Shown: piece by piece, positions 37,101 to 45,464 of the stretch
Position numbering within the stretch: the stretch's first letter is position 1
Layout of the letters: every line of letters starts with the position of its first letter
Assembly: GCA_942492125.1 (NCBI GenBank)
Contig: CALODM010000026.1
Location: 169,545-233,544 of the forward strand
Reading direction: 5' to 3'
DNA: 64,000 nt
Source of the DNA: an uncultured Bacteroidota bacterium
GTDB taxonomy: Bacteria > Bacteroidota > Bacteroidia > Chitinophagales > Saprospiraceae
The notes under the pieces: model-generated
The model's database searches: none
What the model saw: only the letters and a program-made list of their open reading frames with translations
What the model was told of the DNA's origin: nothing
Position numbers and translations under genes: made by a program

Positions 37101-38354
37101 ACAGACAACAATAATTGTGAGACAGCTGCAGAATTTCAAATCACCGAAGAGGATAACCAGCCTCCAAGCCTCATCACCCAGAATATAACGCTTTACCTGG
37201 ATGAATACGGGCAGGCGAGTTTTATGCCGTGGGAAATCGACGGCGGCAGTACGGACAATTGTGGCTTGGACTCCATTTGGGTTTCAGCTACCCAATTTCA
37301 CTGTGGCAATATTGGTCAGCAAGTTGTTCAGGTCATGGTTTTTGATAAGCAGCAATTATCCGATATGGGACCGGCCTTAGTCACTATAGTCGATACGCTC
37401 CCCCCTTACTTTAGTTCATGTCCACAAAATATGGTAGTATCCGGTTGTACCGATGTTGAGTATTCCCTGCCTGTAGCTTTGGATAATTGTTCCGCTCCGG
37501 TGGCTGAACTGACATCAGGGCTTTTACCTGGAGCCAACTTTCCGGAAGGAAATACAGAAGTCGTTTTTACGGCTACTGACCCATCAGGGAATAGCCAAAC
37601 CTGCATGTTTACCGTTAATGTTCAACCGGAGTTGAGTGCTGAAATCGATCTCAGTGAGGTTGATTGTGAGAACGGAACCATTACTGCTGTCATTATACCT
37701 GAAGGCGGAAATCCTCCCTATGCTTTTTTGTGGAATACTGGTGCGGTTACCGATCACCTTACCTTCATTGGATCAGCTACCGTATCCTGGATGGTCACCG
37801 ACCAATCGGGTTGTACGGTTGGGCAGGAATTGATGGTGGATATTCCTCCGGCGATGGGTATTGAAATTATTTCTACCCCGGATCAGGATATGCAAGCTAA
37901 TGGTACTGCTGACGCTACCGTTTCCGGAGGCGTTCCTCCTTACAGTTATATCTGGACAATTGACGGAGCGGTGGTTGCCTCCACCGAAGACGTGGAGAAT
38001 TTGAGCAGCGGCACTTATTGTTTATTGGTAACAGATGCCAGTGGTTGCCAGGTATCTTCTTGTGTCACCATTGACCTGGTGACCAGCAGCCGGAACATTT
38101 CCTTTAAAGAGTTGATCAGGGTGACGCCGAACCCAGCTGATGATTTACTGACAATAGATTTTCAGCTGGTCGAAAATAACCGTGCAGAAATAGTGTTTTT
38201 TAATGATAAAGGACAACAAATCAGCCGTCATAGAAAAGACTATGCTCAAAGTAAGATCGAATTAGGTACTGATTTATTCCCGGATGGTTTGTATTTCATT
38301 AAAATAATAATTGACGGCCAGATCGTTGTAAAAAAAGTAATTATTGGCCGGTAA
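34167..38354 (+). CDS. Large T9SS-secreted surface protein with SprB repeats, HYR-like domains and type-A C-terminal sorting domain
   Basis: 1395 aa. There are at least 7 SprB-type repeats, for example CFLANDGAATALATGGSGNYTYLWSDGQTT...GFYGVTATD and CNGENTGAVSFSVSGGTAPYTF. The HYR-like segment is DTLPPYFSSCPQNMVV...LPVALDNCSAP...FPEGNTEVVFTATDPSGNSQTCMFTVNV. The CTD is VTPNPADDLLTIDFQL...GLYFIKIIIDGQIVVKKVII. Confidence 0.85.
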   Translation: MTKNLHHNVLLLATLLGSAVFLNFSNIPLAHKNKTTAVIALYASDVEALNCWSRTAGPLAASTGDLNISIISSTNLSCFLANDGAATALATGGSGNYTYLWSDGQTTASVTNLGAGFYGVTATDVADGNSVSTSITISQPQPLNLTVTVISEVNCFHPTGTALAVVSGGTADYQYLWENGETTPSATNLNPGMQTATVTDANGCIEIDQFTMPENIVEPVASAGDDVAQDCNHPGPQFTLDGSLSSEGPEYSYFWFTTNGNIVSDLTTQYPIVNELGTYTLMVTNNTNGCSSTDEVEVYENFETPLAFAGPSVAICEGDCHTLTATAMGGSIPYTYSWAGGLGASPSIEVCPTETTNYTVTVTGSNGCSSAGQVTVFVNANPSLEVHSIDCSPDVLTYSVSVISDGDEITASLGNIANLGNGFYAIDNIPADSASVTITAVVDNTSCFAELIIESPQCGCPDILSPEVSGNTVICEGMPLQPLFAEAPEGMVVDWFDEAVGGNLLLGESTEFLPSAPGTYYAQSREPSTDCTSEERTPITVMIQQTPEVIILQDGNFCEDDCTLLTVMGGQFSSYDWTTGQTTQSIFICSAGTYSVTATDFNGCHGEASIDIVPLETPTADAGIDFVLNCLDQEITIGGENSTTGTNIDYIWSNGATTPTQTINTPGEYFLTVVNNTTFCFDVDLVVITQEADFPEANAGEDTCIPCDTGAALLSTSVANDNETLQWSFMDQIISNNPTVFVSDTGLYILQVTNIPTGCSDTDTVRVDICSYPEIAIASFSDVLCNGENTGAVSFSVSGGTAPYTFEGLVLENNDLPAGSYHFSATDASGCTVDTIIVVSEPAPISIATSVTAESGIGLNDGSASAVALGGTPGYNFLWSNGANTPSISNLAPGNYFLTVTDANGCTKETSVTVEGFDCIEMNVSISGTGIICPGSNAGSLQVTVDNGGTGPFTFLWSTGSQDQQILELGAGIYSCTVTDNNNCETAAEFQITEEDNQPPSLITQNITLYLDEYGQASFMPWEIDGGSTDNCGLDSIWVSATQFHCGNIGQQVVQVMVFDKQQLSDMGPALVTIVDTLPPYFSSCPQNMVVSGCTDVEYSLPVALDNCSAPVAELTSGLLPGANFPEGNTEVVFTATDPSGNSQTCMFTVNVQPELSAEIDLSEVDCENGTITAVIIPEGGNPPYAFLWNTGAVTDHLTFIGSATVSWMVTDQSGCTVGQELMVDIPPAMGIEIISTPDQDMQANGTADATVSGGVPPYSYIWTIDGAVVASTEDVENLSSGTYCLLVTDASGCQVSSCVTIDLVTSSRNISFKELIRVTPNPADDLLTIDFQLVENNRAEIVFFNDKGQQISRHRKDYAQSKIELGTDLFPDGLYFIKIIIDGQIVVKKVIIGR

Positions 38355-38377
38355 GTAGGAGTCCTTTCGGTTTTCTC

Positions 38378-38415
38378 AAAATCCCGGGTTTTGCTGTTGC
38401 GAAACCCGGGATTTT
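38378..38415 (+). terminator. Rho-independent terminator after the SprB/HYR gene
   Basis: AAAATCCCGGGTTT-tgctgttgcg-AAACCCGGGATTTT, a perfect 14-bp stem followed by TTTTGT. Confidence 0.8.
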
Positions 38416-38616
38416 GTATATGTATTGCCACCCGTACTAAAAGACCCAAAAGCATATTTCAGTCAAATTTTACCTACTGAACAAAGGACGGTAGGCTGTA
38501 AGCTTTGAGGACCGACTTTTTTATTTTTTTTGGACAACACGCTTGAGACATCAGATTAAAAACATTCGCCATCAATTTTCACACTGAAGCAACCTTCATC
38601 AGGAGGTCAAAACAAT

Positions 38617-39282
38617 TCAACTGCTTGACCATCTGGAAACAAAGGAGACCCCAAAGGAATAAATCGTCAAAATGGACGTAATCATTAACGCTGGCTGGAA
38701 AATTATCTCCGGCAAAACAAAGGGAGCCAGCAAAGTACTCATAATTAATACCGCAATGATTTTGGCAAACCGGGTTCCCTTTTCCGCTTTGCCTTCCAAC
38801 CGAAATATCTTTAAAGCCACCACATACAAATACCGTAAAAAACCAATGAACAAAATCCAGGCCCCTACCCTTCCGTCAATGTACCAGAAAGTAGCTAAGA
38901 AGGCAACAAAAAAAGCATCCGTCTCCATATCCAGGTAGGCGCCAAAATCACTGGACTGATCGAATTTCCGGGCCAGATATCCGTCCAATCCATCCAGACA
39001 TAGGGCCAACAGGAAAAATGGAAAACAATATACTGCTGGCCAATAATTAAGCAATATTCCTCCAATCAGGATCAAACAGAACCTGAAAGCACTAATCCAA
39101 TTGGCATATCCTCCCCATGGTTTAAAACGGGCGAGCAATGCCGAGTGTATATAAACGTAAGCACCAAAGGAAACAAAGACAGTAAAGATCAGTACATTGG
39201 CAGAATTAACAGCCAGACTCCATACCCCGGAAATCAACAGGAGGATGGTATGCGCCAAATTCCATTTTTTTATCCGCTCCAT
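38617..39282 (-). CDS. CDP-alcohol phosphatidyltransferase family protein
   Basis: 221 aa, polytopic, with DGLDGYLARKFDQSSDFGAYLDMETDAF. This fits the D-G-x2-A-R-x8-G-x3-D-x3-D signature. Confidence 0.85.
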   Translation of the reverse strand: MERIKKWNLAHTILLLISGVWSLAVNSANVLIFTVFVSFGAYVYIHSALLARFKPWGGYANWISAFRFCLILIGGILLNYWPAVYCFPFFLLALCLDGLDGYLARKFDQSSDFGAYLDMETDAFFVAFLATFWYIDGRVGAWILFIGFLRYLYVVALKIFRLEGKAEKGTRFAKIIAVLIMSTLLAPFVLPEIIFQPALMITSILTIYSFGVSFVSRWSSS

Positions 39283-39285
39283 GAA

Positions 39286-41001
39286 TTAAATATTTTGCCA
39301 ATCTAATCCCGAAGCCCTGAATTCAGGTATGACCTGTCCGGACTCTCCGTAAACGCTATAAAGCTCCCGGACCAACATTGAAAAAACAGCTTCGTGTCTC
39401 ATATGATCTTCCGAACTTTTCTTGACAAGCCCCAAATCAAAGCCATATTTTTGAAAAGCTTTAATAAAGTTTTCATTTTTACTGATGATATGGACAGGGG
39501 TCTCCAGCCCATCTGCTGCTTTGGGAAATGTTGGCGGCTGATGATCTCCCATAAGTATAAAAACATCATTCTCGTCACCTTGTTTCAATATAAAATCAGT
39601 CAAAAAAGTCATTTGGTAGCGAATAGCTTTCGCATAATCCTCCAGTCTCGGTTTAACAAATATAGAAGAAGAGCCCTGATCCACCTGGCTGCCATCCGAC
39701 CAGTCCGACCAATGATCAGCAATACGGCCGGGATCATTGAAAGGGCTGTGGGAGTTTTGGGTAATGAAAAACAGGCAAAAAGGAGAAGTGTCCTTTTGGG
39801 TTATAAAATCCCGGGCAAAACCCAGAGAAAACTGATCCGGTGGACAAGGTCCAAAACCGATAAGCGGCCCGGTATAGTTCATATCCTCGTATTTTATCCA
39901 TTCATCAATGGCATAAAAACTACTGTAAGTTTCCCAGGGAATACGCATCCCCTTGAAACCGGCTATCGGTGCCAATCGATAATTGGTATATCCCAAATGT
40001 TTCAACCAGCGCATGAGATGTTGGTACTCATGCATTTCGGGGGTATTGAGCAGAGTGAGATAAACTCCCTGGTCTTTGATGTCCATTCCAAAAATTGATG
40101 AAGAATAACTGACCCAGGATGCACCGCCGGTGATTGGAGCCCGACTTAAATTTGTGGCAATTTGCCAACCTGCTTTCAATAAATATTCCTCCAGGTCCGA
40201 CATATATATTTTGTAATCTTCCTTCAATCCCGGATGATCGTATAAAATCCGGCCATAAGATTCAATTGGGATAAAATATATATTGGGACGATGCTGCAGG
40301 GTCAAATTTTGATAGGGCCGATGATTTTTCAACTTTTCAAAATCGACATTCCCCATCTGCTTCCGAGTCTTTTGAGATGCCCTGATATTCCGTACTAGCG
40401 ATTGCAGCTGTGAAGGGAATGCGATTTTGCCAAAAGCTTTGTAATTATAGGTAAAAAGACTGTAAAGGCTCAGTCCCCCCAGGCTTGCTCCGGCCATCCA
40501 GAAAAGCCAATTCGGATGAAAGTCCAAAGCTGCTTTCACCATAGATCCAATCAGGAAATAAATGCCTGTAAAAGCTGTAATGACAGCTAAAGTGATGAAT
40601 ATGTTGAATTTTGTAAACTCCCTAAAAAAAATCTGGACTCCGGTTTTCAACAAAAGATAATCGCGGTAGAAAAGCGGTTCGACCTTATAAACATTTTCAA
40701 AACCGTGATAATACATCTGGTAGATCAAAAGAAGGGCATATACGGAAAAAACGAGTAGCTGCATCACGCTACCCGGAATAATATCCCTGGATAAAAGCAT
40801 AAAAAATGTCAGCAACAAAAAATCAATACTTACCCTGAAAATATCGTAATTGAATCGGTTGATGGCAAATTGTATGCGTTCCTTTACCGGCCCGTGCAAA
40901 AAACCATTATAAGGAAAAAAGGTGCTGTTTTTCCTTTCCAGAATATAGCGGGGAATGAAAAAAAAGCTGTTGAGCAAGAAAAAAAGCAGGATAAAATTCA
41001 T
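39286..41001 (-). CDS. Membrane-bound alkaline-phosphatase-superfamily transferase (LtaS / sulfatase-like)
   Basis: 571 aa. About 5 N-terminal TM helices precede an extracytoplasmic domain with NIYFIPIESY, TGGASW, ITQNSHSPF and ILMGDHQPP. These resemble the metal-binding, nucleophile and His motifs of LtaS/EptA-type enzymes. Confidence 0.65.
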   Translation of the reverse strand: MNFILLFFLLNSFFFIPRYILERKNSTFFPYNGFLHGPVKERIQFAINRFNYDIFRVSIDFLLLTFFMLLSRDIIPGSVMQLLVFSVYALLLIYQMYYHGFENVYKVEPLFYRDYLLLKTGVQIFFREFTKFNIFITLAVITAFTGIYFLIGSMVKAALDFHPNWLFWMAGASLGGLSLYSLFTYNYKAFGKIAFPSQLQSLVRNIRASQKTRKQMGNVDFEKLKNHRPYQNLTLQHRPNIYFIPIESYGRILYDHPGLKEDYKIYMSDLEEYLLKAGWQIATNLSRAPITGGASWVSYSSSIFGMDIKDQGVYLTLLNTPEMHEYQHLMRWLKHLGYTNYRLAPIAGFKGMRIPWETYSSFYAIDEWIKYEDMNYTGPLIGFGPCPPDQFSLGFARDFITQKDTSPFCLFFITQNSHSPFNDPGRIADHWSDWSDGSQVDQGSSSIFVKPRLEDYAKAIRYQMTFLTDFILKQGDENDVFILMGDHQPPTFPKAADGLETPVHIISKNENFIKAFQKYGFDLGLVKKSSEDHMRHEAVFSMLVRELYSVYGESGQVIPEFRASGLDWQNI

Positions 41002-41044
41002 ACTACAAATAAATACTATTTCTTCGAGAAATAGTATTTATGGA

Positions 41045-41923
41045 TTAACCGGGCATTAAAAAAATATCCCTGTGAAAAACAGTTGTACTCAAAAGACCAT
41101 TCTCAAGCATTTCCTTTTTGGTGTCTAACCAGGTTTGAAAAGCTTCCAGTTCAGGCTCCGTTTTAAGCATTTCCGGGATTGCATCATTCATGTAATCCAG
41201 CAAGAACCGATGCATCCGTTTGTCTTCCGGTTTTACGAACCAGTTGCTTTCTCCCCAAAAACTGGTCAGCTCCTTTTTAGCACAATAATCTGTAATCGCC
41301 TGTGTGCAGTCGGCACCCAGGGTTTTGCCAAAAGCCTGTTCCCGTTGCATATGTTGACTATAAAGCGCTGCATAATATTTATCCCCTGGCTCTTCAGGTT
41401 CGAATCCCATACCAGCATAATTGATGGTTGCCAGCAAGGCTACCTGATTGCCTGCCAATACCTTTAACAATTCATGCAACATCTCAAGGGTCAGCAAATC
41501 CAATACTGCCGCGGCGGTGGCCAGGTCAAACGATTTAACATCCACCAATTCAGGCAATTCGAGGAAGGAGCCATTGATCACCTTAATGGAGACATCTTTT
41601 CCGGACAGCCTGAGTCGAATAACTTCTCCCGCCTCCAGGACTATCCATTTTTTTTGGTCAGCTATATTTAAAATCCTTTGAATAGCGGCAGCAACCAGGT
41701 CCGGGTTCAGTTCCACAAAAGTCCATTGCTGATGCATGGGGAGTTTTTCAGCCAAATACAAAAAGGAAGACCCGGAACCAGCGCCCAGGTCAAGTATATT
41801 TATGGATTGCTTTTGGTCAAAATGTTGCCTAAAGGCCTTCTCCACCAGTTTATTTCTGGCATTACTGTCAAAAACAAACCGTTCTTCGAGCCATGCTGTA
41901 TGGAACCCCGTTTCTGTAGACAT
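41045..41923 (-). CDS. Class I SAM-dependent methyltransferase
   Basis: Motif I is ILDLGAGSGSSFLYL. The probable start is ATG at 41923 (MSTETGF). The track start at 41971 would overlap the upstream gene by 35 nt. Confidence 0.75.
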   Translation of the reverse strand: MSTETGFHTAWLEERFVFDSNARNKLVEKAFRQHFDQKQSINILDLGAGSGSSFLYLAEKLPMHQQWTFVELNPDLVAAAIQRILNIADQKKWIVLEAGEVIRLRLSGKDVSIKVINGSFLELPELVDVKSFDLATAAAVLDLLTLEMLHELLKVLAGNQVALLATINYAGMGFEPEEPGDKYYAALYSQHMQREQAFGKTLGADCTQAITDYCAKKELTSFWGESNWFVKPEDKRMHRFLLDYMNDAIPEMLKTEPELEAFQTWLDTKKEMLENGLLSTTVFHRDIFLMPG

Positions 41924-41936
41924 AGGTAAAGAAGCG

Positions 41937-42320
41937 TTAGCTGTTATTTGCAGCAGGAGCAGGCATGGCACCTAAAGCCAGCATGGTTAAATTACAGGCC
42001 ACGATTGGTTCAATACCGGAATCCCGTAACATCTGGGCAAATTCAGGGTTTTCGGTACCTGGATTAAAAATTACGTAACGGGGAGAAAGCCCCAGAATAT
42101 AATCATAATATTGACTCTGTCGCCGGGCATTTAAATAAAGGGTCACACCGGCAATACCTTTCAGCTTAGGCATTCCTCTCAGGATTTCATAACCAGCGAC
42201 CTCCCCTTCCCTGACCCCAAGCAGTACCGGAATATAACTAGCTGTCTTGAGACTGTGAACTGCCCTGTTGGAATATCTAACAGGATTGGGTGAAGCGCCT
42301 AATACAAGTATTTTTTCCAT
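41937..42320 (-). CDS. CoA-binding domain protein (YccU/COG1832-like)
   Basis: 127 aa, MEKILVLGASPNPVRYSNRAV..., a Rossmann-like CoA-binding pattern. Confidence 0.65.
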   Translation of the reverse strand: MEKILVLGASPNPVRYSNRAVHSLKTASYIPVLLGVREGEVAGYEILRGMPKLKGIAGVTLYLNARRQSQYYDYILGLSPRYVIFNPGTENPEFAQMLRDSGIEPIVACNLTMLALGAMPAPAANNS

Positions 42321-42440
42321 GGGCCAAATATGGGAGTAATTCTTGTAAAAATTTAATCATTAACGGCAAATTTTAGTAATCCGTATGACTTGATGCTGAT
42401 GATCATATCCCCCTGGCCCGGTTTATCAGGCAATAGCGGC

Positions 42441-45311
42441 CTAATGACTTTTTTGGAAAGGAAGCCGTCTTCTGAAAAATAATATCCCACCCGCCAATAC
42501 CATCAATGCCATTCCAAAAATCCACAGAGAGCTTGACTTTCTGATGGCATCCATCTGGCCATAAGGTACATAGGCCGCCCAAAAGACGGGATGTGCACTC
42601 CGCGAATCCATTTGAGTCTGGTTGATCTTCGCTTTTTGCAGCGCCTTACTTTTAGTCATACCCTTTTGAAGATTGGCATAAAAATCAAGCATTACATTTT
42701 GGTTGGTTCCGTCATAAACACTCCACAAGGTAGTGATCACACTCCTCGATCCAACCTGTAAAAAAGCTCTGGCAAGGCTGATTACGCCTTCTCCATCGTA
42801 TAAACTTCCGGTAGCTGTTTCACAGGCACCCAGAACGACCATTTCGGACAATAAACGCAATTGATAAATGTCTTTTACAAACAAAGAATCATAATTACCC
42901 GATCCGTCCGCAAACACTATAAACGAAAAATCAGCACGTCCTATGTTGGCTTCCGCATGGGTTGAAAAATGTACCACCTCAAAAGTCTGGTTATCCAAAG
43001 ATTTTTCCAACCGGGCAATAGTGGCTGAATCATTTATGGCATAAATTCCTTCCCAGGTGTCCTCCAGTTGCTTCACAAGATCTACATTGGCCCGCAAAGC
43101 TCCCCATCCGTTTTTTCCTTTGAACTCAGGAGCTATTGCCAGAAAATCACCCGGTGACCGGGAAGGTAACTCTCCTAACCTTTGATGCAGCGTAGCCGAA
43201 TAACCGTAATGGAAATTGTAATCGTACAATGCATAGGGATACTGGTTAAACTGACATTCCTGTTGCGGTAAAGTTGTCAACAAAACGTCAAAAGGTAAAT
43301 AGGCCAAAATGCCGCTGGGAACAACCAGAATATTTGCCTTTAAGCGCCCTGCATCAGCAGATTGTTTCAGTAATAATTCATAAAAGGTCTGGCCCAAACG
43401 CGTATACTCCCGGCACAATTGATCAGCGTTTTCAGCAACTGCGAATCCCTGAATACTTGCCAAAAAGGACAATACATCGGATTCAAAATTTTCCGGCTTT
43501 TTGATCTCCAGAACTTCAAAGTTCTCCCGGTTCACTATAAAAAGATATATGATAGAGTCCCCAACGAAGTATTCCAATAAAGTTTCATCAGATTTCAGCA
43601 GGTTTTTCTGCGCCATTTCAACTGAAATGGGTTGATCGTTGTAGCGATTGTTATAATATTGACCGTGAGATTCCCGGATCTTTTTTTTCCAATCGGCAAA
43701 TAATTTCTTCCCGGAAAGCAGGTCTTCTCTGGCCTCCTGGATCTTTAAAGAATCCAGGCTTGGATTCACCTCCAGCTGGTGCAGTATCTTTTCCTGATCA
43801 AGAATGGCCTTTTGAAAGTTTCGTTCCTCCTTTTGCAGCTCCTCGGGAAGGCTCATGCCCACCGCATTATTTTGAAGAAAAGCTTCCAGAAGCAATACGC
43901 TTTTACTCTTTTCTGCCAGCTCAAAAGCTTTATGACGGTAAAAGAGTCCATTCCCTTTTGCTGCCAGCTGTAAACAAAGGTCAATGGCATGGGCACAGCG
44001 CTGACGGCTTTCTTCTATATTATAAAGTTTGGAATCTTCGTAATAATAAGACTGCCGTAATAAACGCTCAACTTCAAAAATCCGGTCATGACATTCCAGG
44101 GCCGATTCCAGCAAAGCGACATCATTATTTTGACGGTTTAATTGATCCAATGCCAGGGCTTTCCCCAAAAGCGCATCCATCAGGGTGTTTTCTCCATAAA
44201 GCTCCTTAACTGCCGGATTTTGCAATGGATTCTCAGCCCTGAACAGGGGCAACATACTCTGCAAAGATTTCTGGAAAAGATCCAGGGCTTTTTGCGGATC
44301 TCCGGCCACTAATTTGGATTGGCCCCAGGTATGATAGAGTTTGCCGAAATCACGATCAAATTGATTGTCGTAAATATTATGGAGCAGTAACTCTGCTGCG
44401 CTAAAGTTGAGATCAGCAGACACAAAATCATGCCGGGCTGTAAATATTTCTCCTATCAGACTTTTATTCACAGCCAGCCACCCCATGGCCACTTCCGCCC
44501 ATCCCTGGTCGATTAAAATCTGAAAATAATCACTGGCTGCTTGGGCATATGGCAGACTTTGCTCCAGATGATTTTTAAAATATTGCGTCTTGGCCATATT
44601 GGAATTGAGTAAAGCCAGGGAAACCTCATCCGAAATGCTCATGGAAAGCCCTTTTTGACAAACAGACGCAGCTTTATCATACGCTCCAAGGTCGAGATAT
44701 ACTACGCTAAGATCACTTAGAACACTTGCCGCATAATCCAGCTCTCCTTCGGCCATACATACCTGGTAACATTTGCTCAAAACCGTTTCAGCAGCGGTAT
44801 AATCACCCTTCATGGTATAAATGGTAGAAAGGGGCAGATATAAAAAACGGGCAACATAAAAATCATTGATCCCTAATTGTTCCACCAATATCTGCTCAGC
44901 TCGGCGATAGGCATCCCTGGCCTCCTCAAAATCCTCAAATTCATTGTTTTGTACATAACCGGCAAAAATGTACAGGTATCCTAATTCTTCCCATTCTTCC
45001 TTTATTTCAGGCGTACGGAATAGATTCTCTTCAAAAGATTTTTCCAAAAACAGAAGTGATTCGTCAGGTTGATTTTTATCCAGTAAAGCCTTTTTACCTA
45101 ATGTTTTATGTTTGATGATCCAGCCTTTCAGATCGTTCTGATCCTTTAAAGCTGAGGCGACTTTTTGATAATAAAAATCAAAACTATCCACATTGTCTTT
45201 GTCAAATTGAACCAATGCCGCTTCAAACCATTGCTCCATTTGCATAGAGTCTACAGGGGCGGAACGACTTGTTCCAGCGATTAATAAAAAGACAAATACC
45301 AGGTAACGCAT
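42441..45311 (-). CDS. Exported TPR-repeat CHAT-domain (caspase-like) protein with C-terminal membrane anchor
   Basis: The probable start at 45311 gives the signal peptide MRYLVFVFLLIAGTSRSAP. A long TPR-like helical region follows. In the CHAT domain, His is in VVHFSTHAE and Cys in VVLGACETATG, followed by ISLARAFLQVGSRSVITTLWSV. The C-terminal TM is LWIFGMALMVLAGGILFFRRR. Confidence 0.75.
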   Translation of the reverse strand: MRYLVFVFLLIAGTSRSAPVDSMQMEQWFEAALVQFDKDNVDSFDFYYQKVASALKDQNDLKGWIIKHKTLGKKALLDKNQPDESLLFLEKSFEENLFRTPEIKEEWEELGYLYIFAGYVQNNEFEDFEEARDAYRRAEQILVEQLGINDFYVARFLYLPLSTIYTMKGDYTAAETVLSKCYQVCMAEGELDYAASVLSDLSVVYLDLGAYDKAASVCQKGLSMSISDEVSLALLNSNMAKTQYFKNHLEQSLPYAQAASDYFQILIDQGWAEVAMGWLAVNKSLIGEIFTARHDFVSADLNFSAAELLLHNIYDNQFDRDFGKLYHTWGQSKLVAGDPQKALDLFQKSLQSMLPLFRAENPLQNPAVKELYGENTLMDALLGKALALDQLNRQNNDVALLESALECHDRIFEVERLLRQSYYYEDSKLYNIEESRQRCAHAIDLCLQLAAKGNGLFYRHKAFELAEKSKSVLLLEAFLQNNAVGMSLPEELQKEERNFQKAILDQEKILHQLEVNPSLDSLKIQEAREDLLSGKKLFADWKKKIRESHGQYYNNRYNDQPISVEMAQKNLLKSDETLLEYFVGDSIIYLFIVNRENFEVLEIKKPENFESDVLSFLASIQGFAVAENADQLCREYTRLGQTFYELLLKQSADAGRLKANILVVPSGILAYLPFDVLLTTLPQQECQFNQYPYALYDYNFHYGYSATLHQRLGELPSRSPGDFLAIAPEFKGKNGWGALRANVDLVKQLEDTWEGIYAINDSATIARLEKSLDNQTFEVVHFSTHAEANIGRADFSFIVFADGSGNYDSLFVKDIYQLRLLSEMVVLGACETATGSLYDGEGVISLARAFLQVGSRSVITTLWSVYDGTNQNVMLDFYANLQKGMTKSKALQKAKINQTQMDSRSAHPVFWAAYVPYGQMDAIRKSSSLWIFGMALMVLAGGILFFRRRLPFQKSH

Positions 45312-45464
45312 ATTTGGAAAGATTGAGGTAAACAATGAATCCGGGAAAGGGTAATTGGAGCATACCCCGCCCTTACACCTTTAAACATTCTGAAAAAGTC
45401 CGGATCGGCAGGACAATGCCGCAGTGGATGTTGCCTGTTTTCGAAAAGTCTTGGGTATGGTATA

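Noticed and set aside
41397-41407. GGTTCGAATCC, the textbook tRNA T-arm/T-loop string.
   Set aside because: The flanking bases cannot form a T-stem (TCAGG versus CCCAT) or an acceptor stem. The string lies inside the methyltransferase CDS, where it encodes GFEPE on the minus strand. No tRNA was called anywhere in the window.
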